Below, one piece after another: positions 18,318 to 26,885 of a stretch of 64,000 nt of DNA. The DNA comes from an uncultured Bifidobacteriaceae bacterium (GTDB taxonomy: Bacteria; Verrucomicrobiota; Verrucomicrobiia; Limisphaerales; UBA11358): positions 6,529-70,528 of the forward strand of contig CAYYWB010000001.1 of assembly GCA_964475285.1 (NCBI GenBank), given 5' to 3'. The notes beneath the pieces are model-generated. The model was not told the DNA's origin. It did no database searches and worked only from the letters and a program-made list of their open reading frames with translations. The position numbers were made by a program, and so were the translations under genes. Position 1 is the stretch's first letter; each line of letters opens with the position of its first letter.

Positions 18318-20687
18318 ATGTTAAAAGTTTCCGCACGAATTGTTTTGGAGCTTGGCTCGGAGTTAATTAGTTCTGATATCATTGCGCTTTATGAACTGAT
18401 AAAAAATGGATTTGACGCCGGAACCACAAATGGCGTAGAAATTCGTTTTAACGTCATTTTAAGGCGCAACGCCTACCTGACGTTAATAAATCAAATAGAG
18501 AAGGGGGGTGGTAGTTTAGAAAACTTGCGAGATGCGACACGGAAAGTGTTTAACTCGAAATCTCCCAACGTATTATCAGATCAGGCCTTAAAAATTCTTG
18601 AGAACGTCAAATCGGCAGCGAGCTTCCCAAAGGCATTACAGGAGATATACAAACTAAACAACATCGTCGTCTCTGACTCGGGATCAGGTATGTCAACCTC
18701 CGACCTGAACAAGAATTTTCTGGTTCTTGGCACCCCTTCACGCAAGCGGGTGGTTGAGCAGGCTTTATTCAATGGATCTTCCAAAGCGCCGTTTTTAGGA
18801 GAAAAAGGTATAGGACGGCTGTCCGCGATGCGGATCGGAAATCACTTGCGAGTCGAAACGGCGCGTTCCAGCGATTCGAATATCAATCTGCTCGAAATCG
18901 ACTGGTCAGATTTTGCCAGTCTTGACGCCATGATCGAAGACATTGATGTGAAACCTACACAAGGAGGGGCAAAGCCGACTCCAGCTTGGTCTGGGACAAG
19001 AATAGTCATGAGCGATTTGGCCGAGGATTGGACGGAACAGCGGATTAAGGACATGGTTGAAACCGGATTTGCTCGTCTGACTGATCCGTTCTTGGATCAA
19101 AAAAGGCGACCGAGGGTCGTAATATTTTGGAATGAGGAACGACTTACTATTCCTTGGATGGAGCAGAGCTTACTCGACAATGCCCATGCGCGCGTCACCG
19201 GTTCCTATGAAATCGTTGACGGCAAGCCCCGGCTTTCCTGTTCATTGGAAGCCCTCAACTTGGGATTTGAACACCCTAAAGAAGTGGAACAGGTTTTGTT
19301 ATCAGCTCCTGATCTTGAGGGTGCATTAATTGGGGCATCTCAAAACCAGAATATCCATGATGATGCACTGTTGAGTATTGGCCCTTTCAAATTTGAGGCT
19401 CATTGGTTTAATCGCCGTCGGCTGGGCAACATTGACGGTATTGGTGAGATGAAGGTTGTGCGTGAACTCCAGCAAAAATGGTCGGGTATCCTTCTGTTCC
19501 GCGATGGTTTTCGGGTGTTTCCTTACGGCGAGGATGAAGACGATTGGCTTGCGTTGGATCGGCGTGCTCTCGGGCGTTCCGGTTATGCATTGAATAAAAC
19601 TCAGTTTGTGGGTCGAGTTATAATTTCACGAGCAGCGAATCCAGAATTGGTTGATCAGACCAATCGAGAAGGTCTGCGTGTAACGCCTGAACAGCAAGTT
19701 CTTATCGGCGTTATGCAATATGTTATTAGCAGTTTGTTATTCAATTTTCTCAAAGATGTAGAGAAACAGTATAAAAGCCAAAAGATCGACCTCTCGGACG
19801 CAAAAACCGAGATCACAGGACTAGAAGATCGTGCTAATATTGCACTCAAACGGCTAAAGCAAATCGCACCAAAGGAAGGACAGGAAGTCGTGGAAGACTT
19901 GCAGCAAACAATACTTGAGTTCACTGATTTTGCTGAACGTGCGCGACAACGCATATCCGAGGTTGAGCAAGAAAGTCGTCAAATGATTGAGATGGCCGGT
20001 GTCGGTCTTATGATCGAAGTGGTTGCACACGAGTTGGCGCGAGCGTCAGAAAACGCTTTGGAAAATCTTGAACTTCTGCGTAAGAAGGCAGTTCCGGAAG
20101 AGGTAAAGGCTACACTTGAATCATTGCGGGCGCAGATGAAGAGCCTTTCGAAGCGGGTGCGTGTTTTGGACCCGTTGAGCATATCTGGTCGTCAACGCGT
20201 AGAAATATTCACCTTGGACGATCTTCTCCGCGATACAATCGAAGCGCATGAGGCGCAATTTAGGCGACATCAGATTTCCATAAACCTTGATTTGCCGAAA
20301 AAACCAGTCCGTGTTAGGGCAGTAAAGGGAATGATCGTTCAAATTATTGAAAATCTGATTTCCAATTCCAAGTACTGGATGCAAATGCGGCGCGAGCGAG
20401 AATCTAATCTGCGACCAGCGATTACTATCGCAATTCACGATGGCCCGCCGACAATCATTTATGAAGATAATGGACGGGGTATTGCACCGGAAAATCGAGA
20501 GAAAGTTTTTAAGGCGTTCTTTTCCCTAAAAGAAAAAAGTAAGAGACGTGGACTCGGTCTTTTTATTGCACGTGAATGCGCGCAGTTTAATGGCGGAACG
20601 CTTGTTCTTGATGAAAGTGTCAATCCGGAAACTGGCCGTCTTCATCGTTTCACGTTAGAACTCCCTCCCAACGCTTCAGTCCAATGA
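18318..20687 (+). CDS. cytoplasmic dual-GHKL protein: N-terminal MORC/HATPase_c_3-like ATPase + C-terminal histidine-kinase core
   Basis: N-terminal motifs: ELIKNGFDAG, VSDSGSGMS, GEKGIGRLS. C-terminal motifs: H-box VVAHELARA, N-box ENLISNSKYW, G1 EDNGRGI, F FKAFF, G2 RGLGLFIARE. No TM segment. The ATG at 18318 is 9 nt after the sspD stop; the track start is a TTG at 18312. Confidence 0.7.
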   Translation: MLKVSARIVLELGSELISSDIIALYELIKNGFDAGTTNGVEIRFNVILRRNAYLTLINQIEKGGGSLENLRDATRKVFNSKSPNVLSDQALKILENVKSAASFPKALQEIYKLNNIVVSDSGSGMSTSDLNKNFLVLGTPSRKRVVEQALFNGSSKAPFLGEKGIGRLSAMRIGNHLRVETARSSDSNINLLEIDWSDFASLDAMIEDIDVKPTQGGAKPTPAWSGTRIVMSDLAEDWTEQRIKDMVETGFARLTDPFLDQKRRPRVVIFWNEERLTIPWMEQSLLDNAHARVTGSYEIVDGKPRLSCSLEALNLGFEHPKEVEQVLLSAPDLEGALIGASQNQNIHDDALLSIGPFKFEAHWFNRRRLGNIDGIGEMKVVRELQQKWSGILLFRDGFRVFPYGEDEDDWLALDRRALGRSGYALNKTQFVGRVIISRAANPELVDQTNREGLRVTPEQQVLIGVMQYVISSLLFNFLKDVEKQYKSQKIDLSDAKTEITGLEDRANIALKRLKQIAPKEGQEVVEDLQQTILEFTDFAERARQRISEVEQESRQMIEMAGVGLMIEVVAHELARASENALENLELLRKKAVPEEVKATLESLRAQMKSLSKRVRVLDPLSISGRQRVEIFTLDDLLRDTIEAHEAQFRRHQISINLDLPKKPVRVRAVKGMIVQIIENLISNSKYWMQMRRERESNLRPAITIAIHDGPPTIIYEDNGRGIAPENREKVFKAFFSLKEKSKRRGLGLFIARECAQFNGGTLVLDESVNPETGRLHRFTLELPPNASVQ

Positions 20688-22633
20688 ATGAGCTAATCAG
20701 CCTTCTTCGAACAGCTAATATTAGGAGCGCCACGATCATCGACGATGCTTTCGACCGGACGCCACTAGCAAGAGACTTATCACAGGACGGGGAAAAATGG
20801 GGGCAGTTTTTTGAAGATCTGAGTGGAGCGGATATTGAGATCATCAAAAGAATGTTTCCGGCCTACGATGATTTGCGTGGGGACCAGCTTCGAAGCAGCG
20901 ACGAGTTCGTGGCAATTCTTTGGAACTCACAGGAGAAGCTGCGGAGTGAAATAATTCATCCATTGTTTGAAAGATATAAAATGGACAAGTCCCAGGATTT
21001 GGCCTACCTCCAAACGCTGAAAACAAACCTTGAAGGATATGAAATAAAACTCACGACAGCGGGAAGAAAGTTCAATAAAGCGGCGGCAGAGGCCGACCTT
21101 ATCATCATTGACCTTTACCTTGGCTCAACTCAAGATGATGAGGCGATGAGGAGTTCTGTGGATGGATTAAGAACGGTCATTCAACAACGGATGGCGAATC
21201 CACCGCTTGTTGTGTTGATGTCTCGAAGTGCACGTTTAGAGGAGAAGCGCAAGGAGTTCCGCGACAAGTCGGGATTATTTGAATCTGCATTTCGCATTAT
21301 CCGGAAAACCGATCTCGCTGAGGAAGGAAAATTGCCGCGCCTATTGACTAGACTTGCAGAACACTATCAAGATTCCCTTAAATTGGCGACATTTTTGAAT
21401 GCATGGCAAACAGGGTTGCGCAGTGCATGTGGGCGAACGGCCGATTTGATTCGGACCCTTGATCTTGCGGATCACGCGCAAATCCGGCAACTCCTTTTGA
21501 CAGAAGAAGGAGAACCTCCGGGAAGCTATCTCGTCGATGTTTTTGACCTAGTTCTTCAACATGAGATAGAGCGTGAAGAGCTAATTATCGACGCGGCTAT
21601 CAAACTAAACGGCCTCAACAGCGAGGCCTATCCTCCTCCCTACGTGGCAGGATCGCCCGATTTGCAAGCTTTGGTGTATCGGTCTTTATTTCAGAACAAT
21701 GGCCGGCTACGGTTGAGGAATCCAAACGGCAGCCCCGTCATGTTTGGAGATGTCTTGCGTCGCAAACCTGCCCCTGCTGCTGACGCACCACCAGCCATCG
21801 TCAACCTCCCATTCGCTACTATCGGGCCTCTTGATGTATTTGTCGTAATGACCCCCGCCTGTGATTTGCAACGGCTCGCGGCCAAACGGGTGTTGCTGCT
21901 TAAGGGTTCGCTCGTCCCTCTGACTCCCGCCAATTGGTCTTACAAAGAAACACCCATTCGCACGGCCGTATTTGAAACAACGCTAAACGAACGATTTCAG
22001 ATCAAGTGGGACTTCAAACATATCGAGGCAATTTCCAACGATGAATTGAACCACATTTTAGAAGCACCGAGTGGTTTTCAGATAATAGCTCGCTTGCGCG
22101 AGACACACGCAAGGGAGCTACAGCAAAAGTTGCTCTCTAACTTAGGCCGCGTCGGGCTTATTGCGCCCATGCCTGCAACGTTTCCAGTGACCGTCGAAGC
22201 TTACCTGCCAGGCACAAATGCAATATTGTTCAAGATTTTGGTTTCGGCGCTTACGGATAACCAGGGGGTCTGCTTTATAGGTCGCAAGAATAACGAGCAG
22301 GCAAGGACCCTTGTTCTATGTGAGGACGCGTGTGAGGCTTTGTGCCAGGTTGTTCAGTCAATTGATCTCAAGATTATTCATCCCACGACACAGGCGACAA
22401 TTCTTGAATTACGGACCAGTGGTGAACTGTTGATCCTTCAGAACGGAGTAGATTATCCGAGTATGACCGACCAAGATTTTCTTGAAATTGTTTCAGTGAG
22501 CGCGGCGACGGCAGAGAAGCCCGAAGAGAAGCGTGTGGTTGGGCTTATCCGTCGGAGCGGACCATGGATCGAAAAGCCTCTCAAGGGCAAATACCTTAAG
22601 ATGGCTGGAATAGTTCTTGTCGTTTCGGATTGA
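20684..22633 (+). CDS. receiver(REC)-like N-terminal region + ~450-aa domain of unknown function
   Basis: There is an ATGA overlap with the kinase gene. ATIIDDAFD ... ADLIIIDLYLG ... PLVVLMSRS resembles the beta1 acidic pair, the beta3 phospho-Asp and the beta4 Ser/Thr, but with a long insert between beta1 and beta3. The C-terminal part has no motif I recognise. Confidence 0.4.
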   Translation: MNELISLLRTANIRSATIIDDAFDRTPLARDLSQDGEKWGQFFEDLSGADIEIIKRMFPAYDDLRGDQLRSSDEFVAILWNSQEKLRSEIIHPLFERYKMDKSQDLAYLQTLKTNLEGYEIKLTTAGRKFNKAAAEADLIIIDLYLGSTQDDEAMRSSVDGLRTVIQQRMANPPLVVLMSRSARLEEKRKEFRDKSGLFESAFRIIRKTDLAEEGKLPRLLTRLAEHYQDSLKLATFLNAWQTGLRSACGRTADLIRTLDLADHAQIRQLLLTEEGEPPGSYLVDVFDLVLQHEIEREELIIDAAIKLNGLNSEAYPPPYVAGSPDLQALVYRSLFQNNGRLRLRNPNGSPVMFGDVLRRKPAPAADAPPAIVNLPFATIGPLDVFVVMTPACDLQRLAAKRVLLLKGSLVPLTPANWSYKETPIRTAVFETTLNERFQIKWDFKHIEAISNDELNHILEAPSGFQIIARLRETHARELQQKLLSNLGRVGLIAPMPATFPVTVEAYLPGTNAILFKILVSALTDNQGVCFIGRKNNEQARTLVLCEDACEALCQVVQSIDLKIIHPTTQATILELRTSGELLILQNGVDYPSMTDQDFLEIVSVSAATAEKPEEKRVVGLIRRSGPWIEKPLKGKYLKMAGIVLVVSD

Positions 22634-22752
22634 AGATATGAATGCAAGTGTAATATTCTCACAATTCATTGCGAGCCAGCCTCCCGGTAACGAGCTTTAC
22701 AGGGACAAATGTCGTAGATATCCGAATTCAAATAATATAGCCCTATAGTGGC

Positions 22753-25194
22753 ATGAAAGAAAACGTTAAGGACATATTTATTCAATTGTTTAAAGCACCA
22801 ACTGAAGAAGGTGTGGATGAAATTCTGCAAAACAACGCAACACTTTTTGCCCCTCAAGAGCGTTGGCATCCACTGGATGGAAATGAGAGCAATTTTGGAG
22901 TTATTGAAAACCAGCAATCTTCGCCGATAGCGGCACTGATTGAGAAGATTACCAACTCCATTGATGCGATATTGATGCGCAAATGCTATGAAGCCGGCAT
23001 TGACCCGAAATCACCCAAGGCACCCAAGTCGATGGAGGATGCTGTCGCTAGGTTGTTTCAATCAGAAAGCGAAACGTGGTATTTAAGCCCAAACCGCCAA
23101 AGGCAAGCAGAAGATATTCAGATTCTTGCAGACGGGCCTCGCATGAACACATCTCTGGTAATTTACGATAATGGAGAGGGGCAGCACCCAGAAGATTTTG
23201 AAACAACTTTCCTCTCGCTTCTGAAAGGCAACAAGAACGAAATCCCATTTGTCCAAGGCAAATATAACATGGGTGGAACCGGTGCCATCGTATTCTGTGG
23301 TAAGAAGAGGTATCAATTAATAGCCTCAAAGAAATATGATGGGACGGGACATTTTGGCTTCACGTTGATCCGCAAGCATCCGCTTTCCGAAGCTGAAATG
23401 CTCACGAAAAAGAACACTTGGTATGAATATTTAAAAGTAGACAGAGAGATTCTTAATTTTCCAATCGAGACACTGAATCTTGGGCTAAAAGACCGTCTAT
23501 TCAAGACGGGAACAGTCATAAAACTTTACAGCTATGACCTGCCAGGAGGAGCGCGTTCAGTTATTTCGCGTGACCTCAACCAAAGCATCAACGAGTTTCT
23601 TTTCGAGCCCGCCTTGCCTATCTACACGATTGACAAGCCGGAACGTTATCCGCTCGACAAGAATCTGGCTCGTGAGTTGTTTGGCTTAAAGCGTAGGCTG
23701 GAACAGGATGATTCGAAATACATTGAAGATTCGTTTTCAGAAGACTATGAATCCACTGAAATTGGTAAAACAAAAGTTACCTGTTACATCTTTAAAAACA
23801 AAGTCGAGGGGAAGACTGTTAAAGAAAGCCGTGAGACCATTGAGCGGGAATTCTTCAAGAACAACATGTCGGTCATGTTTTCTGTGAACGGACAGGTCCA
23901 TGGTCACTATACCTCCGAGTTCATCACGCGCTCATTGAAGATGCCTTTACTGAAAAGCCATCTTCTGATTCATGTTGATTGCACCCATATGAGGATGAAT
24001 TTCAGGAATGAGCTATTCATGGCCTCGCGAGACCGACTGAAGGGTGCCGATGAAACTCGAATACTTCGCGAACTGCTCATTGAGCTTCTTGTTAAGAGTA
24101 AACTTCAGGAAATCTACAAGCGGCGCAAAGACTCCATTTCCTTGGAAAGCGGAGACACAAAAGACACAGCGGAACTTTTAAGGGGATTCACCAAATCAAT
24201 GCCGTTGAACAGTGACCTTTTTAAGCTTTTGAGCAATACATTCAAACTCGACTTGCCGAAAGAGAAAACCAAAGGAGAAATAGAAAAGAAGAAGGACGAG
24301 CCAAAGGAGAAAGAGGAATCCTTCAAGCCAAATCGATTCCCATCATTTTTCAAACTGCGGAGTCAGGGCACAGAAAATAAACCGGCTGCCAAGATTCCTT
24401 TGAACGGTGCTCGATCAGTGAGGTTTTTGACCGATGTGGAAAATCAGTATTTCGACCGGACGGAAGACCCCGGGGACCTGCGAATCTCATTGGTGAGCTT
24501 CAAGCGAAATGACATAACTGGGGGGACAGGGCCCGGAGAACCAAAGCAATTATCAGACTTGTTGAACCTCCGAAAAGCTAGTCCAAATGATGGCACCATA
24601 AAAATCGTGCTAAACCCAACAAAAGAAGCCAAAGTGGACGACTTGATTCAAATTCGAGCCGAGCTTGACGGCCAAGGCGTCGAATACGAGGAGTGTTTTT
24701 GGGTGAGGATCGTTGATGAAGAAAAGCCGAAGGAAAACACGCAAAAGGAAGAAGAAAATAAACAGGAGAATTTTGGCTTGCCGCAACCAAAGTTAGTTTA
24801 CCAGGGGAAAAAAGAAGGTTTTGTTTCATGGGAAGAATGTGCAAGCGGCGGGATCGAAATGGATTTCAACACAACCATGCATCCCTATGTTGCTGGAGAA
24901 CAGTTGGAAGCAATTTATATCAACATGGACAGCCACGTTTTGAAGAGTCACAAAGGCAGAATCAAATCAATCACCGAAGAGCAAATCAAACTAGCGGACA
25001 AAAAATATATCAGTTCCGTTTACTTCCACACTCTCTTCTTGTTTGCCACAGCCAAAAGCAAGAATTACAGCATGAAGCAAGGCGAAAACGAGAAGGACAT
25101 AACGGATTTCTTGAAGGATATATTTTCCTGTTCATACTCGGAATTCCTGCTAAATTTCGGCACCGAGCAATTAATGGAGAGTTTGGAGCTATAG
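22753..25194 (+). CDS. GHKL (Bergerat-fold) ATPase-like large protein
   Basis: 813 aa. Motifs: IEKITNSIDA (N-box-like), VIYDNGEGQ (G1), GKYNMGGTGAIVF (G2). A Lys/Glu-rich linker follows. It is on the same strand, 119 nt after the previous gene. Confidence 0.55.
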   Translation: MKENVKDIFIQLFKAPTEEGVDEILQNNATLFAPQERWHPLDGNESNFGVIENQQSSPIAALIEKITNSIDAILMRKCYEAGIDPKSPKAPKSMEDAVARLFQSESETWYLSPNRQRQAEDIQILADGPRMNTSLVIYDNGEGQHPEDFETTFLSLLKGNKNEIPFVQGKYNMGGTGAIVFCGKKRYQLIASKKYDGTGHFGFTLIRKHPLSEAEMLTKKNTWYEYLKVDREILNFPIETLNLGLKDRLFKTGTVIKLYSYDLPGGARSVISRDLNQSINEFLFEPALPIYTIDKPERYPLDKNLARELFGLKRRLEQDDSKYIEDSFSEDYESTEIGKTKVTCYIFKNKVEGKTVKESRETIEREFFKNNMSVMFSVNGQVHGHYTSEFITRSLKMPLLKSHLLIHVDCTHMRMNFRNELFMASRDRLKGADETRILRELLIELLVKSKLQEIYKRRKDSISLESGDTKDTAELLRGFTKSMPLNSDLFKLLSNTFKLDLPKEKTKGEIEKKKDEPKEKEESFKPNRFPSFFKLRSQGTENKPAAKIPLNGARSVRFLTDVENQYFDRTEDPGDLRISLVSFKRNDITGGTGPGEPKQLSDLLNLRKASPNDGTIKIVLNPTKEAKVDDLIQIRAELDGQGVEYEECFWVRIVDEEKPKENTQKEEENKQENFGLPQPKLVYQGKKEGFVSWEECASGGIEMDFNTTMHPYVAGEQLEAIYINMDSHVLKSHKGRIKSITEEQIKLADKKYISSVYFHTLFLFATAKSKNYSMKQGENEKDITDFLKDIFSCSYSEFLLNFGTEQLMESLEL

Positions 25195-25268
25195 GCTATC
25201 AAATTAACAAAGTAGCGGGCGCAGCTTGTATGTTTTGTTACTAGCACATCCAATAAAGCCGACAGAAG

Positions 25269-25333
25269 CATGACACAACCATGACACAACCATGACACAA
25301 CCATGACACAACCATGACACAACCATGACACAG
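25269..25333 (+). repeat. 11-bp tandem repeat CATGACACAAC x5 plus a diverged sixth unit
   Basis: Read directly. Units start at 25269, 25280, 25291, 25302, 25313 and 25324. Confidence 0.95.
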
Positions 25334-25489
25334 ACTGAACTTAAGGAATGTGTTTACGAGATTATTGACACAGAACCCACTCCATCCTTTGAAGGATTAA
25401 CTTTAGGTTGCAAGCTTGAAGACGAAGAGGCCTTCATCAGCAGAATGATTAAGTTCAAAAAGGCCAAAAGGAAAAACCACAAAGCCTAA
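25325..25489 (+). CDS. possible small ORF (54 aa) initiated from the last repeat unit
   Basis: Hand translation gives MTQTELKECVYEIIDTEPTPSFEGLTLGCKLEDEEAFISRMIKFKKAKRKNHKA*. It is below the track cutoff and has no homology evidence. Confidence 0.2.
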   Translation: MTQTELKECVYEIIDTEPTPSFEGLTLGCKLEDEEAFISRMIKFKKAKRKNHKA

Positions 25490-25532
25490 CATACACCGCA
25501 ATGCCAATTACAATTGGGTTTCTAGGGGCTAA

Positions 25533-26663
25533 TTAACCACGCAAGGCGATCACGTTCCGAATCAGTGTGTCCACGCAAATTTGAACTTCATCCTCCCGCG
25601 AATGTATCCCCAACGAGAAACGCAGGGAATGACGGGACGCAACGCCATCAGATTTCATGGCCTTGATGACATACGAAGGTTCGTCAGAGTTGCCGAGACA
25701 GGCTGAACCTTTAGACGCACAGATCCCCGCCTGATCTAATAAGGCGAGAAGTGCATCAGACTCGACGCCATGAAATGTGATGTTCGTAGTGTTGGCTAAT
25801 CGCAAGCCCAAGTGTCCGTTAATTTCTGCGTTTGAAATCTTGGTGAGAATACTCGTTTCTAACATGTCTCGCAAAGGGCGCACTTTAGCGTCGTAGTTAT
25901 GCAAATACCGAGTTGCAAGTTCGGCGGCTTTACCTAAACCGACGATGAGCGGAACATTCTCTGTTCCGCCACGCAATCCGTTTTCTTGATGTCCGCCGTG
26001 CAAGAAGGGAATAAAGGGCGAATTCCGTCGAACATAAAGAGCGCCCACTCCCTTCGGAGCATAAAATTTGTGACCCGACAGCGACAGATAATCCACTTGC
26101 GTTTGGCGAACGTTGATTTCCTTTTTGCCTGCCGCTTGCACTGCGTCACAATGAAAAAAGATTTTGCGTTTACGGCATAGTTCTGCGATTTCTTGAACAG
26201 GAAATAGCACGCCAGTCTCGTTATTTGCCCACATCAACGACACTACCGCCGTTTGATCGGTGAGTGCGTTCTCCAAGTCTGCTGTTTTCAGCAATCCGTC
26301 ACGGTTGACCCGCAAATATGTTACGCGGTAGCCCTCCTTTTCCAGTGCCAAACAATAATTTAAAACCGAGGAATGTTCGACAACCGAAGTGACAATGTGA
26401 CGTTTCGCGGGACATGATTTTAGCGCAGCCTGAATCGCAGCATTGTTGCTCTCTGTCGCGCAAGAGGTGAACAGGATTTCCTCCGGCAAAGCGCCCACCA
26501 TATCTGCTACTTGCTCGCGCGCCGCCCCAATCAACGTTTTGAGCTTTGAACCAAACCGATAGGCGCTTGATGGGTTGCCCCATTCGTCACAAAAATATGG
26601 GCGCATTGCCTCGAACACTTCAGGCAAGACCGGCGTAGTTGCGTTGTGGTCAAAATAAATCAT
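25533..26663 (-). CDS. sspA: cysteine desulfurase (NifS/IscS class), SspA-like
   Basis: The PLP-lysine region is LSLSGHKFYAPKGVGALYVRR, and the N-terminus reads MIYFDHNATTP. I chose the start at 26663; the track ORF extends to 26726. Confidence 0.75.
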   Translation of the reverse strand: MIYFDHNATTPVLPEVFEAMRPYFCDEWGNPSSAYRFGSKLKTLIGAAREQVADMVGALPEEILFTSCATESNNAAIQAALKSCPAKRHIVTSVVEHSSVLNYCLALEKEGYRVTYLRVNRDGLLKTADLENALTDQTAVVSLMWANNETGVLFPVQEIAELCRKRKIFFHCDAVQAAGKKEINVRQTQVDYLSLSGHKFYAPKGVGALYVRRNSPFIPFLHGGHQENGLRGGTENVPLIVGLGKAAELATRYLHNYDAKVRPLRDMLETSILTKISNAEINGHLGLRLANTTNITFHGVESDALLALLDQAGICASKGSACLGNSDEPSYVIKAMKSDGVASRHSLRFSLGIHSREDEVQICVDTLIRNVIALRG

Positions 26664-26885
26664 CAAGCCAACGAATTTTGCCGGAAAGGAGAAATATATG
26701 CAACCAATGCAACGCAAATATTTCATACGCGTTGAACAGTGAATGCACGAAATGCCAAAAATCCACGCATACTACGTATGTAATCAGTCACACTATTTGC
26801 GGAGGAAAATTCGGCAAAGCCAATGCGACATATTTTTCATGGCGCTGAAACGGCATCAACTGGGAAAGGCGTGGGGGCTTGCGAT

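Noticed and set aside
25269-25333. I considered whether the short repeat tract is a CRISPR array.
   Set aside because: The units are 11 bp and directly abutting, with no spacers. No cas genes are nearby. It is a microsatellite-type tandem repeat.
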